Source: Macrostomum lignano (lineage: Eukaryota). Taken from it: a DNA stretch of 64,000 nucleotides. The notes under the pieces are model-generated. The model had not been told where the DNA came from. It searched no databases and saw only the letters and a list, made by a program, of their open reading frames with translations. The translations under genes and the position numbers were made by a program. How positions within the stretch are numbered: position 1 is the stretch's first letter; the number at the start of each line of letters is the position of its first letter. Shown one piece after another: positions 12,708-25,400 of this stretch. The stretch spans positions 1-64,000 of the forward strand of contig NIVC01000640.1 of the NCBI GenBank assembly GCA_002269645.1, written 5' to 3'.

Positions 12708-13449
12708 GCTCGACAACTTAGAAGGAAGCCATCTTAGACAGGATCTTATGATTATGAAAAGCGAATGCTTAGCCTGTTGACTGAACTAATTTAACAGGAC
12801 TGTTACGACAATTAATAAGCATAAAAGAAAACTGTTTATTCGGTACCAAGTTAAACTAAAAATACACCAGTCACTTTGTTTGCATTGCGCATGTTCAGAA
12901 TATAAGTGCTTAATGTCTTAAAAACTATAATTAAAGCGTATGACTATATCCCACTCGGCTAGTTTACTTAAACTTGACAGACTTTCCACAACTTGAAACA
13001 ATATGCAGACAAGCCTGAATAGGCCCAAGTTAATGTAATTAGAAACCAGTAAAGGTGTGACGGATAAATAAATGTACCAACATATGAACATCATGTACCT
13101 TAACTTGCAGTAAGTAGCCCACGCTTATGAAAACTAAGTTCAAGTGCTCGGTAGAGATGTCTATGGTCAAAAGGCTACTACTTACTGATTTGTTGCAAAG
13201 CCGCAGACTGGCAAATCTATGGGCCTAATAGCGCGTGTAGCTACTGTACTGTCTGACCCAAATTCGAGGCTATATTCGGCATTCTTTCTGGTGTGCGCGT
13301 TGAAGCATGATTGAAACACGGCAGCCCGCTCGCTATGGGTGTCTATGGTTTTGTCCAGTGGTCCTTGTCGAGATATCGCCCACTTTATGCTAGGATTTGC
13401 AAATGCAGAAAAACAATGAAACACTTTGCTAAATGAAGTTTTCCAATTG

Positions 13450-13720
13450 CGATGGTGAACTTGAAAACCGCAGCTTCAGAGCTGAGATGCAACTGCTGAG
13501 CTTTCTTCGATTCAATCGATTTTGCTAGATGATGAAGTCCGATAGATTCTGCGGTGAGAGATACTTCTTAAACCGATTTTGTGGTTCGAGTATTCGAGAC
13601 AGGCGCCAATAATGGAAACAGGAAAATTGCATTAATGGAAAACTATGAGCAGGCAGGAACCAGCCTTGTTTATTCAGCTTCTGCACAGATTTTTCATCTT
13701 TTTTTCAAGACTCGACACCG
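13450..13720 (-). pseudogene. Possible decayed C-terminal fragment of a P/THAP9-type transposase
   Basis: Manual minus-strand translation gives KLNKQGWFLP (13652-13680) then IGLHHLAK (13521-13543) in different frames, resembling the KNRGGL..PS and IRLHH.AK motifs of THAP9-like transposases. Confidence 0.4.
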
Positions 13721-14999
13721 TTGTTGTGAGTGCAGCTTTTCACTGCGCATTGCAGTGCTTAGCTCCTGCATACATTGATTATCACTCGCAGTGTGAAACT
13801 GACGCAGCTGAATTGCGGAGTCCGGGGACATTTCAAGGACATATCACAAGTTGATTCGTTACGGGTGAGTCGAAACAGACACCTCAAAGAAATGCAAGTG
13901 GATGCGCACATTGCACCAAGGGCTACCATAGACTGTCTGAATTGAATGTGAAAATAGTTCGACTTTGACTGCACTTTTAACAAAATAGATTGGAAAAAGG
14001 TGTAGTAGCTAGCCACTTTTAAGGAGCGACAGGAACAAAAAAACAAACTTGGGCTTCTTGAACTTTTTGAAGATAAATTAGTTGCAGTTTTTATAGGATC
14101 ATAATTTCATCTCTATAGAGATTTTTGATGGTGCTGACTTCAAATTTAAGCTTCATTTTGATGAACCTTCAACCCAAATATATGTATAGCTTAAAGTCAA
14201 CCACCAGGGCATCGGGAACGGGGGTGTTAGATAGGGAGATTCTAAATGGGCATTGATTTTGTATATCTAAACTTCAATAGAGCCATTGATACTCTAGGGA
14301 CGTGCCCTGGCCAAGCAAGAAGTCAGAAGATTCCCAAAATTTCTGAACTTATTAACAATGTTCTACTTTTTTCTTAGAACTAAGAATTACTATCATTCAT
14401 TGACTTGCCTTTGTTTCTAAAAATGTCTTATTCTAATAAAATTCGGCAATTCAAAAGCATTTTATCTACTTAAAGCTTAAGAACTCCCAAACTTGCAAAC
14501 CTTTACAAGCCTGCAAGAAGAGAGAGGAGACTAGAGAGAAGAGAGCTGAGAAGAGACGAAGAGACACAAACCTTAGGCGGGCCCTTGTGAAGTTTAAAAT
14601 GACCCGAGGGCCGGAGTTTGCCGATCCGTGCACTGCATGTAATAGTAATTGAATCGTCCTCCAGCTTACTTATCCATGAAAATATCATTCAGACCCATTC
14701 GTGGCGGATTCAAACCTGATGCCCTTTAGTAATGTATTGAATTATTTCATGCCGTGCAACTAAAATCGATTCGGCCTGATTTCACGGATCAAAGATCGGC
14801 CCAGCTGTCAGCTGCACGCTGCAGTGATCGCCCTAGTCTTGAGTGTTGGACGCCTATTCGATAATGACTACGCATTTATGGACTCGCAAGGTTTGTGGGC
14901 TATTTTTATCGATAGCGGGCGATCCCTCAGCAATGAGTCTTGATGGAATTGAAAGCTTGAGAATTGATTAATAACAAATTCTAAACACAGTATACGCAC

Positions 15000-16060
15000 T
15001 GATTCTCCATGTGCCACTCCCCCACCCTCTGACTCTCCATGTGCCACCCCCCACCCTCTGACTCTCCATGTGACACTCCCCCACCCTCTGACTCTCCATG
15101 TGCCACCCCCCACCCTCTGACTCTCCATGTGCCACCCCCCACCCTCTGACTCTCCATGTGACACTCCCCCACCCTCTGACTCTCCATGTGCCACTCCCCC
15201 ACCCTCTGACTCTCCATGTGCCACTCCCCCACCCTCTGACTCTCCATGTGCCACCCCCCACCCTCTGACTCTCCATGTGACACTCCCCCACCCTCTGACT
15301 CTCCATGTGACACTCCCCCACCCTCTGACTCTCCATGTGCCACTCCCCCACCCTCCGACTCTCCATGTGCCACTCTCCACCCTCTGACTCTCCATGTGCC
15401 ACCCCCACCCTCTGACTCTCCATGTGACACTCCCCCACCCTCTGACTCTCCATGTGCCACTCCCCACCCTCCGACTCTCCATGTGCCACTCTCCACCCTG
15501 ACCCTCCATGTGCCACTCCCCACCCTCTGACTCTCCATGTGTCACTCTCCACCCTGACTCTCCATGTGCCACTCCCCACCCTCTGACTCTCCATGTGTCA
15601 CTCTCCACTCTGACTCTCCATGTGCCACTCCCCACCCTCTGACTCTCCATGTGTCACTCTCCACCCTCTGACTCTCCATGTGCCACTCCCCACCCTCTGA
15701 CTCTCCATGTGCCACTCCCCACCCTCTGACTCTCCATGTGCCACTCCCCACCCTCTGACTCTCCATGTGTCACTCTCCACCCTCTGACTCTCCATGTGCC
15801 ACTCCCCACCCTCTGACTCTCCATGTGTCACTCTCCACCCTGACTCTCCATGTGCCACTCCCCACCCTCTGACTCTCCATGTGCCACTCTCCACCCTGAC
15901 TCTCCATGTGCCACTCCCCACCCTCTGACTCTCCATGTGTCACTCTCCACCCTGACTCTCCATGTGCCACTCCCCACCCTCTGACTCTCCATGTGTCACT
16001 CTCCACCCTGACTCTCCATGTGCCACTTCCCACCTTCTTGACTCTGCATGTGACACTGCC
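15000..16060. repeat. Minisatellite, 27-30 bp unit CATGTGCCACTCCCCACCCTCTGACTCTC
   Basis: Tandem unit read directly. Confidence 0.97.
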
Positions 16061-17199
16061 ACCTTAACGTTAGCGGCATAGACGAAGCAGACGTTCCAGT
16101 ATTACACTGTACATGTACGAGTATAATTGGCTCTAATTGTTTCTATTGATAATACTTTCTGCAGAGCCACTTTAAATCACATCCTTGATCAACAACGGAT
16201 CCGGAGCCCCCCTCCCAGGCTAAAGGCGACGGTGAGAAAGTCGGTGCCGCTGTACACCCTGTGTGAGCATATGCGTGCTCGGCGTCCTCAGCGCCGAGGG
16301 TAAACTGCCGTCCTTGATCTGTGGCAGTGCGTGAAGCTTCCCCTGCAAACTCCCGAATAGCTAATTCGCTTACAACTTAGAAAGAAAGATGATAAATTTT
16401 GTTAATAGTTGCGGAGTAAAAAAGAGCCTCCAGCTCTCGTTTCATTCCCGGCAAAAAATTATCGAGTGGAATGCCCTCCTTTGACAATTGCAAACCTTAC
16501 TGTGAATGCCTGCCAAAATCTTTCTGCCATTTAATTGCATAGCGACGCGGTCGCGACACAAGGAAGCGGCAGCCGTGCTCAACACTCGCCAACACTCAGT
16601 GCCCGCATCGATCCGGGTGCCAGCTTGTCAGAGAAGATGAGAAATCCGCCCGAATCGCTATGCAGCGCCATCGATTCCCAGTGTGCCCCAGGGGGATGCT
16701 GCCGAATAATTTCTAGCCGCCCAGCGTCCAGCTGATTCTTCTTTTGCCGTCGTCGCCCCCCCCCCTGCGGCGCGGAATTAATGTCTGTTCTCCAAATATC
16801 TTCTTTTGAGCACAGCAACAAAAGGAATCAAGTTTTTGCAATTGGAGATTCTAGCACAGATGGGGGAAAGGCTCGAGACGAGTTGGTATTGGCTAAGCAA
16901 TTCCCGCTTAATTAACTGCAGCCTGCTTCTCATGACGTGACGCCCCCGACTCAATCCAGCCTCCTGATTCCTCTTCATCGAGAACTGTCAAGCAAGCAGA
17001 CTCAGGCCTCGGGGCGAACTGACAAATCGCTTGTTAACAGTGCCTGTATTTTCTGGATGAGGCAAACTTCTCATCGTCTATGTTTGGTCTCCCCTACTTC
17101 AGTTTCCCTTCTTCATCTCTCCTTTTTTCTGCCCTTCCCGCTCTCTCTTCTTAGGTCTACTCACCCTTCAATATTCTCCTATCTCCCCTTGCTCCTCTT

Positions 17200-20166
17200 T
17201 CCCCCGCCCTACTCATCTCCCCACTCTATTTATCTCCTCACTCTACTCATCTCCCCACTCTACTCATCTCCCCACTCTACTCATCTCCCCACTCTATTTA
17301 TCTCCCCACTCTACTCATCTCCCCACTCTACTCATCTCCTCACTCTACTCATCTCCCCACTCTATTTATCTCCCCACTCTACTCATCTCCCCACTCTACT
17401 CATCTCCCCACTCTATTTATCTCCTCACTCTACTCATCTCCCCACTCTACTCATCTCCCCACTCTACTCATCTCCCCACTCTACTCATCTCCCCACTCTA
17501 CTCATCTCCCCACTCTACTCATTTCTCCACTCTACTCATCTCCCCACTCTACTCATTTCTCCACTCTACTCATTTCTCCACTCTACTCATCTCCCCACTC
17601 TACTCATCTCCCCACTCTACTCATCTCCCCACTCTACTCATCTCCCCACTCTACTCATCTCCCCACTCTACTCATCTCCCCACTCTACTCATTTCTCCAC
17701 TCTACTCATCTCCCCACTCTACTCATCTCCCCACTCTACTCATTTCTCCACTCTACTCATCTCCCCACTCTACTCATCTCCCCACTCTACTCATTTCTCC
17801 ACTCTACTCATCTCCCCACTCTACTCATCTCCCCACTCTACTCATCTCCCCACTCTACTCATCTCCCCACTCTACTCATCTCCCCACTCTATTTATCTCC
17901 CCACTCTACTCATCTCCCCACTCTACTCATCTCCCCACTCTATTTATCTCCTCACTCTACTCATCTCCCCACTCTATTTATCTCCTCACTCTACTCATCT
18001 CCCCACTCTACTCATCTCCCCACTCTACTCATCTCCCCACTCTACTCATCTCCCCACTCTACTCATCTCCCCACTCTACTCATTTCTCCACTCTACTCAT
18101 CTCCCCACTCTACTCATTTCTCCACTCTACTCATCTCCCCACTCTACTCATCTCCCCACTCTACTCATCTCCCCACTCTACTCATCTCCCCACTCTACTC
18201 ATCTCCCCACTCTACTCATTTCTCCACTCTACTCATCTCCCCACTCTACTCATCTCCCCACTCTACTCATCTCCCCACTCTACTCATCTCCCCACTCTAC
18301 TCATCTCCCCACTCTACTCATCTCCCCACTCTACTCATCTCCCCACTGTACTCATCTCCCCACTCTACTCATCTCCCCACTCTACTCATTTCTCCACTCT
18401 ACTCATCTCCCCACTCTACTCATCTCCCCACTCTACTCATCTCCCCACTCTACTCATCTCCCCACTCTACTCATCTCCCCACTCTACTCATTTCTCCACT
18501 CTACTCATCTCCCCACTCTACTAATCTCCCCACTCTACTCATCTCCCCACTCTACTCATCTCCCCACTCTACTCATCTCCCCACTCTACTCATCTCCCCA
18601 CTCTACTCATCTCCCCACTCTACTCATCTCCCCACTCTACTCATCTCCCCACTCTACTCATCTCCCCACTCTACTCATCTCCCCACTCTACTCATCTCCC
18701 CACTCTACTCATCTCCTCACTCTACTCATCTCCCCACTCTACTCGTCTCCCCACTCTACTCATCTCCCAACTGTACTCATCTCCCCACTCTACTCATCTC
18801 CCACTGTACTCATCTCCCCACTCTACTCATCTCCCCACTCTACTAATCTCCCCACTCTACTCATCTCCCCACTCTACTCATCTCCCCACTCTACTCATCT
18901 CCCCACTCTACTCATCTCCCCACTCTACTCATTTCTCCACTCTACTCATCTCCCCACTCTACTCATCTCCCCACTCTACTAATCTCCCCACTCTACTCAT
19001 CTCCCCACTCTACTCATCTCCCCACTCTACTCATTTCTCCACTCTACTCATCTCCCCACTCTACTCATCTCCCCACTCTACTAATCTCCCCACTCTACTC
19101 ATCTCCCCACTCTACTCATCTCCCCACTCTACTCATCTCCCCACTCTACTCATCTCCCCACTCTACTCATCTCCCCACTCTACTCATCTCCCCACTCTAC
19201 TCATCTCCCCACTCTACTCATCTCCCCACTCTACTCATCTCCTCACTCTACTCATCTCCCCACTCTACTCGTCTCCCCACTCTACTCATCTCCCAACTGT
19301 ACTCATCTCCCCACTCTACTCATCTCCCCACTGTACTCATCTCCCCACTCTACTCATCTCCCCACTCTACTAATCTCCCCACTCTACTCATCTCCCCACT
19401 CTACTCATCTCCCCACTCTACTCATCTCCCCACTCTACTCATCTCCCCACTCTACTCATTTCTCCACTCTACTCATCTCCCCACTCTACTCATCTCCCCA
19501 CTCTACTAATCTCCCCACTCTACTCATCTCCCCACTCTACTCATCTCCCCACTCTACTCATTTCTCCACTCTACTCATCTCCCCACTCTACTCATCTCCC
19601 CACTCTACTCATCTCCCCACTCTACTCATCTCCCCACTCTACTCATCTCCTCACTCTACTCATCTCCCCACTCTACTCGTCTCCCCACTCTACTCATCTC
19701 CCCACTCTACTCATCTCCCAACTGTACTCATCTCCCCACCGTACTCATCTCCCCACTCTACTCATCTCCCCACTCTACTCATCTCCCCACTCTACTCATC
19801 TCCCCACTCTACTCATCTCCCCACTCTACTCATCTCCCCACTCTACTCATCTCCTCACTCTACTCATCTCCCCACTCTACTCATCTCCCCACTCTACTAA
19901 TCTCCCCACTCTACTCATCTCCCCACTCTACTCATCTCCCCACTCTACTCATCTCCCCACTCTACTCATTTCTCCACTCTACTCATCTCCCCACTCTACT
20001 CATCTCCCCACTCTACTCATCTCCCCACTCTACTCATCTCCCCACTGTACTCATCTCCCCACTGTACTCATCTCCCCACTCTACTCATCTCCCCACTCTA
20101 CTCATCTCCCCCACTCTACTCATCTCCCCACTCTACTCATCTCCCCACTCTACTCATCTCCCCACT
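17200..20166. repeat. Minisatellite, 17-bp unit CCCCACTCTACTCATCT, ~3 kb
   Basis: Tandem unit read directly; explains the 681-aa ORF. Confidence 0.98.
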
Positions 20167-20734
20167 CGACTCGATCCACATCAGATGCTAATTCCCAGGC
20201 CTGGCTCAATAGGGCAAAAGTGAAACAGTAAAAGCTCAGACCTCGAACAAAAGTAATGATTTGAACACGAGGGCTTGACCGAAAAGCAGAGCAAACAACC
20301 AATTTTACTGTTCGTTCGGCTTTAACGTGAAATTTTAGTTATTTTGTAAAATCAGTCTCCAGATAGCTATATGTAAAGCGCGGAGCAAAAAAACACACAG
20401 ATCTGATCATTTCTAGCTGAATAATAAATGAAACTGGAGTACACAAAGTGAAAGCAGAAATTAGGCACAAACTAATCATATGGAAAGGTAAAAACATGAA
20501 CGAGAACTGTTCGGGATAGAAGCTTAGATTTTAGCAGAATTAGTTATTCTAGAACTAGAATAGCAGAAACGAGACCCGAACTCTGACATATTTTAATATT
20601 AGCGCACAATTATCTAGAGCTACTACTAGTCGGAAACAAAATAGTAGCATATTATGATAGTTGAAGTAAACTTTAATTGTGACCAAACAGAATTTTTTTA
20701 TTGGCGTCTTTTTTCATATCTCTAAAGGACATCC

Positions 20735-22330
20735 ACATCTGAGGACCTCATAGGTTTGGCTAATTAGTCCAGTCTGAGGATCTCATAGATTTGGCTAATT
20801 AGTCCAGTCTGAGGATCTCATAGATTTGGCTAATTAGTCCAGTCTGAGGATCTCTTAGATTTGGCTAATTAGTCAAGTCTGAGGACCACATAGGTTTGGC
20901 TATACTCCAGTCTGAGGACCTCATAGATTTGGCTAATTAGTCCAGTCTGAGGATCTCATAGATTTGGCTAATTAGTCCAGTCTGAGGACCACATAGGTTT
21001 GGCTATACTCCAGTCTGAGGACCACATAGGTTTGGCTATACTCCAGTCTGAGGACCATATAGATTTGGCTAGTCCAGTCTGAGGACCTCATAGGTTTGGC
21101 TTTAGTCCAGTCTGAGGACCTCATAGATTTAGCTATACTCCAGTCTGAGGACCACATAGGTTTGGCTAATTAGTCCAGTCTGAGGACCATAGGTTTAGCT
21201 ATACTCCAGTCTGAGGACCACATAGGTTTAGCTATACTCCAGTCTGAGGACCACATAGGTTTAGCTATACTCCAGTCTGAGGACCACATAGGTTTAGCTA
21301 TACTCCAGTCTGAGGATCTCATAGATTTGGCTAATTAGTCCAGTCTGAGGATCTCATAGGTTTGGCTATAGTCCAGTCTGAGGATCTCATAGATTTGGCT
21401 AATTAGTCCAGTCTGAGGACCTCATAGTAGGTTTGGCTAATTAGTCCAGTCTGAGGATCTCATAGGTTTGGCTAATTAGTCCAGTCTAAGGACCTCATAG
21501 ATTTGACTAATTAGTCCAGTCTGAGGATCTCATAGATTTGGCTAATTAGTCCAGTCTGAGGATCTCATAGTAGGTTTGGCTAGTCCAGTCTGAGGATCTC
21601 ATAGATTTGACTAATTAGTCCAGTCTGAGGATCTCATAGATTTGGCTAATTAGTCCAGTCTAAGGACCTCATAGATTTGACTAATTAGTCCAGTCTGAGG
21701 ATCTCATAGATTTGGCTAATTAGTCCAGTCTGAGGATCTCATAGGTTTGGCTAATTAGTCCAGTCTGAGGACCATATAGATTTGGCTAATTAGTCCAGTC
21801 TGAGGACCTCATAGGTTTGGCTAGTCCAGTCTGAGGACCATATAGATTTGGCTAGTCCAGTCTGAGGACCTCATAGGTTTGGCTATAGTCCAGTCTGAGG
21901 ACCATATAGATTTGGCTAATTAGTCCAGTCTGAGGACCTCATAGGTTTGGCTAGTCCAGTCTGAGGACCATATAGATTTGGCTAGTCCAGTCTGAGGACC
22001 TCATAGGTTTGGCTATAGTCCAGTCTGAGGACCATATAGATTTGGCTAGTCCAGTCTGAGGACCTCATAGGTTTGGCTATAGTCCAGTCTGAGGACCATA
22101 TAGATTTGGCTAGTCCAGTCTGAGGACCTCATAGGTTTGGCTATAGTCCAGTCTGAGGACCATATAGATTTGGCTAGTCCAGTCTGCGGATCTCATAGGT
22201 TTGGCTATAGTCCAGTCTGAGGACCTCATAGTAGGTTTGGCTAGTTCAGTCTGAGGACCTCATAGGTTTGGCTAATTAGTCCAGTCTGAGGACCTCATAG
22301 ATTTGGCTAATTAGTCCAATCTGAGGACCC
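20735..22330. repeat. Minisatellite, 31-35 bp unit GTCCAGTCTGAGGACCTCATAGGTTTGGCTAATTA
   Basis: Tandem unit read directly; begins ~90 bp downstream of the ATE1 stop. Confidence 0.97.
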
Positions 22331-22419
22331 TCTCATAAATAAAATGGAACACACGCCAGCAAGATCACAGCCAGTTTGAAGAATTCAATGCAAATTGAGC
22401 AGGCAAATCAGTGACACCA

Positions 22420-25400
22420 TCAGCAGAACCGGACTCTGATCCGGCGGGCGCACTCGGGCCCGACAAGGCGAGCGAATTCAGCGGCCAGTTCGGCCAGCAT
22501 GGCCAGCAGGGATGGCCGGCCGGACAGCATTCTCTCCATCTGGCTGTACGGCATGAAATTGGCGCTGCCATGGCCGAGGGCCACCTGGAGCTCCGAGACT
22601 GGCACCGGGGCCGAGATAGCGTCCGGAACGTCGGATGGGGCAAATCTGCGGCGAATGAGTTGATTGGATGATCAATGAGTCAAATTCTCAAGGTCAAAGG
22701 TTGCCCCAATAAATTATCTCAAGGTCAAAGGTTGCCCCAATAAATTATCTCAAGGCCGAAGGTTGCCCTAATAAATCATCTCAAGGCCGAAGGTTGCCCT
22801 AATAAATCATCTCAAGGTCAAAGGTTGCCCTAATAAATCATCTCAAGGCCGAAGGTTGCCCTAATAAATCATCTCAAGGCCGAAGGTTGCCCTAATAAAT
22901 CATCTCAAGGCCGAAGGTTGCCCTAATAAATCATCTCAAGGCCGAAGGTTGCCCTAATAAATCATCTCAAGGCCGAAGGTTGCCCCAATAAATCATCTCA
23001 AGGCCGAAGGTTGCCCTAATAAATCATCTCAAGGCCGAAGGTTGCCCTAATAAATCATCTCAAGGTCAAAGGTTGCCCTAATAAATCATCTCAAGGCCGA
23101 AGGTTGCCCCAATAAATCATCTCAAGGCCGAAGGTTGCCCTAATAAATCATCTCAAGGCCGAAGGTTGCCCTAATAAATCATCTCAAGGCCGAAGGTTGC
23201 CCTAATAAATCATCTCAAGGCCGAAGGTTGCCCCAATAAATCATCTCAAGGCCGAAGGTTGCCCTAATAAATCATCTCAAGGCCGAAGATTGTCCTAATA
23301 AATCATCTCAAGGCCGAATGTTGCCCTAATAAATCATCTCAAGGCCGAAGATTGTCCTAATAAATCATATTAAGGTCGAATGGATTTTCCATAATCATTA
23401 ATCAAAATCTCAAGGTCGAAGATGTCAAGGCTTAAGGGGGAAATTGCTTAGGTGTCAAGGCAAATAGGATTCACATAGATAATTTTTCTCCCTTGCTTTT
23501 TGGATGCACTAGATTGCTAGTCCATATACTAAAAATGGTCGAAGATTTCCCCGAAAAAATCATTTCAAGGTCAGGAGAAATACCATTATCATTAACAACA
23601 ATCTCAGGGTAGAATATTTTTCCATAACTAATCGTCTCAATGTCGGGAAATTTCCATAATAAAGCACTTCAAAGTCGGGTATTTTTCATTATAAAAAGTT
23701 TCAAGCTGTGGCTCATTTAATAGCGTACGAGATCTAAGGTGAACTTTTACAGGAGTAAATAAGAATCTCTTTACATCTAATACAGGTCTGAATTAATGAT
23801 TGAGGCTTTATAAATACAAGCATTACCTGCAGTAGCCGCTGAGATGGAGTTTAGGCGCGCACACGGTTCGCAAACAGTGCCAGGTGTAAGTCTCCGGGCA
23901 GAGCAATTCGGAGCCTTCAAAAGCGCCTTTGTAACGCATCTTGACGCAGTCGTGAATATAATAGCCCATGCAGTAGTGCGGCAGGCCCAGCTGTTTAGTT
24001 AATTGAATTTCGCGCAGGGCCGCATAGGTGCCCAGATTGAGCCAGGCATAGTCAGGATCGTAAAATACGTACACAGACGAGGTGCAGTCGGGCAGGATGT
24101 CAACAACGCCAACCATGATCAGGCGGTTCTCCGGCTCAAGCCAATACTGCTGATGAAACGAGCCGATCCAGCGATTGTTGCGTTTAGCATAGACCAGCGG
24201 CGACTTGCACAGGAATCGATAGAACTGCCGGTAGTCGCAATCGGCCTTGGAGTCGCCGTGAATGCGCATCTGGTAGCGTTCGTAGAGCGAATGCTCCGAC
24301 TTGCTGTCGAATTCTCGTTTAGCGCTTGGCAGCAGTACGACCCGCAGCCGGTGCTTGGCCTCGGCCGGCGGCTGCAGCATCTGGTCCAGCGATTTCGGCG
24401 CCCTGGCCGCGGCACGAGCTGCCCGACGAGCTCTGTAGGCTGACAGCGTCGCTTTCAGACTGGTCTCGGGATCCGCGCCGTCGCCAGAGGCCGCCGCCGC
24501 TGCCGCTGCCGTTGCTCGAAGCTTTTTCAGCCGCCTGGTAAATTTTTTTTGTTCACTTCAAAACAAATACATATCATACTACTATTGTAGTGATCCGCTA
24601 GTTGGTGTTAGGCGTCCCACTTTGTCAGCAGTCTCCCTCGCCCTCGCCCTGGGTTGCTGTCTGCCGCTGGTCAGCTTCCCGCCCCCTTGGCCCGTCTGTT
24701 GCTGCCCTTGGCCTGTTCTGCCCTTCGGCGTCTCTGTTCTCAGCCCTTAGCTTCTCTGCTGTGGGCTGTCTCTGTTTCGTTCCCGTCCCGTTTTCCTCTG
24801 TCATGTGAGCAAGTCACATGACAGACTCTGCGTTCTTCGAGTCCTAAAGTGCAGTAAACATGTTTACTGCACTCGTTGGCCCTGTTTACCGGGAGAATCA
24901 CGTGCTTTCGGACCCCTCCCTTCTCTAAGGAGAGGAGTGACTCATGTTGCTAAAAATAGCAACTGAGTCACAGCCGCGTGTACTCTGGCCGGAGACCTCA
25001 AGTGACGTCAGTTCTAAAAATAGAACGAGTCACGAGGTCTTGCGCGCACTGAGACCCTGCCCCGAGACCTCAAGTGACGTCAGTTCTAAAAATAGAACAA
25101 GTCACGAGGTCTTGTGCGTGGGTGTTTCCCGGCTATAAATATGACCCCTCTCCCCTTGTTTCCGTCAATGTTTTGGCTTCTTATCTGCGGAGAATTCACT
25201 AAGAACCCGTGTGCGTCAGTGTCTAACTAAGTGCCCTTTGCGTACTGAATCCGTTTGTACTGGTCTGACTGAGACCCCACTAAAGCCCAAGCCTAAGGGA
25301 GGCTAACACTGCCTTCCCAGTCACCCCTGAGCCCGGCGGGGATCTGCTGATCAGGACGCCTTGTTCATTAATCTGCAAATCTGCACGCTGTGCTGAGTTC

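Noticed and set aside
16937-18982. 681-aa ORF
   Set aside because: Read-through of the 17-bp satellite.
20735-22330. Hammerhead ribozyme array (CTGAGGA followed by a CCT-CAT-AGG hairpin)
   Set aside because: The conserved GAAA after stem II is absent. CTGATGA sites at ~50755 and ~63362 also lack a proper stem II.
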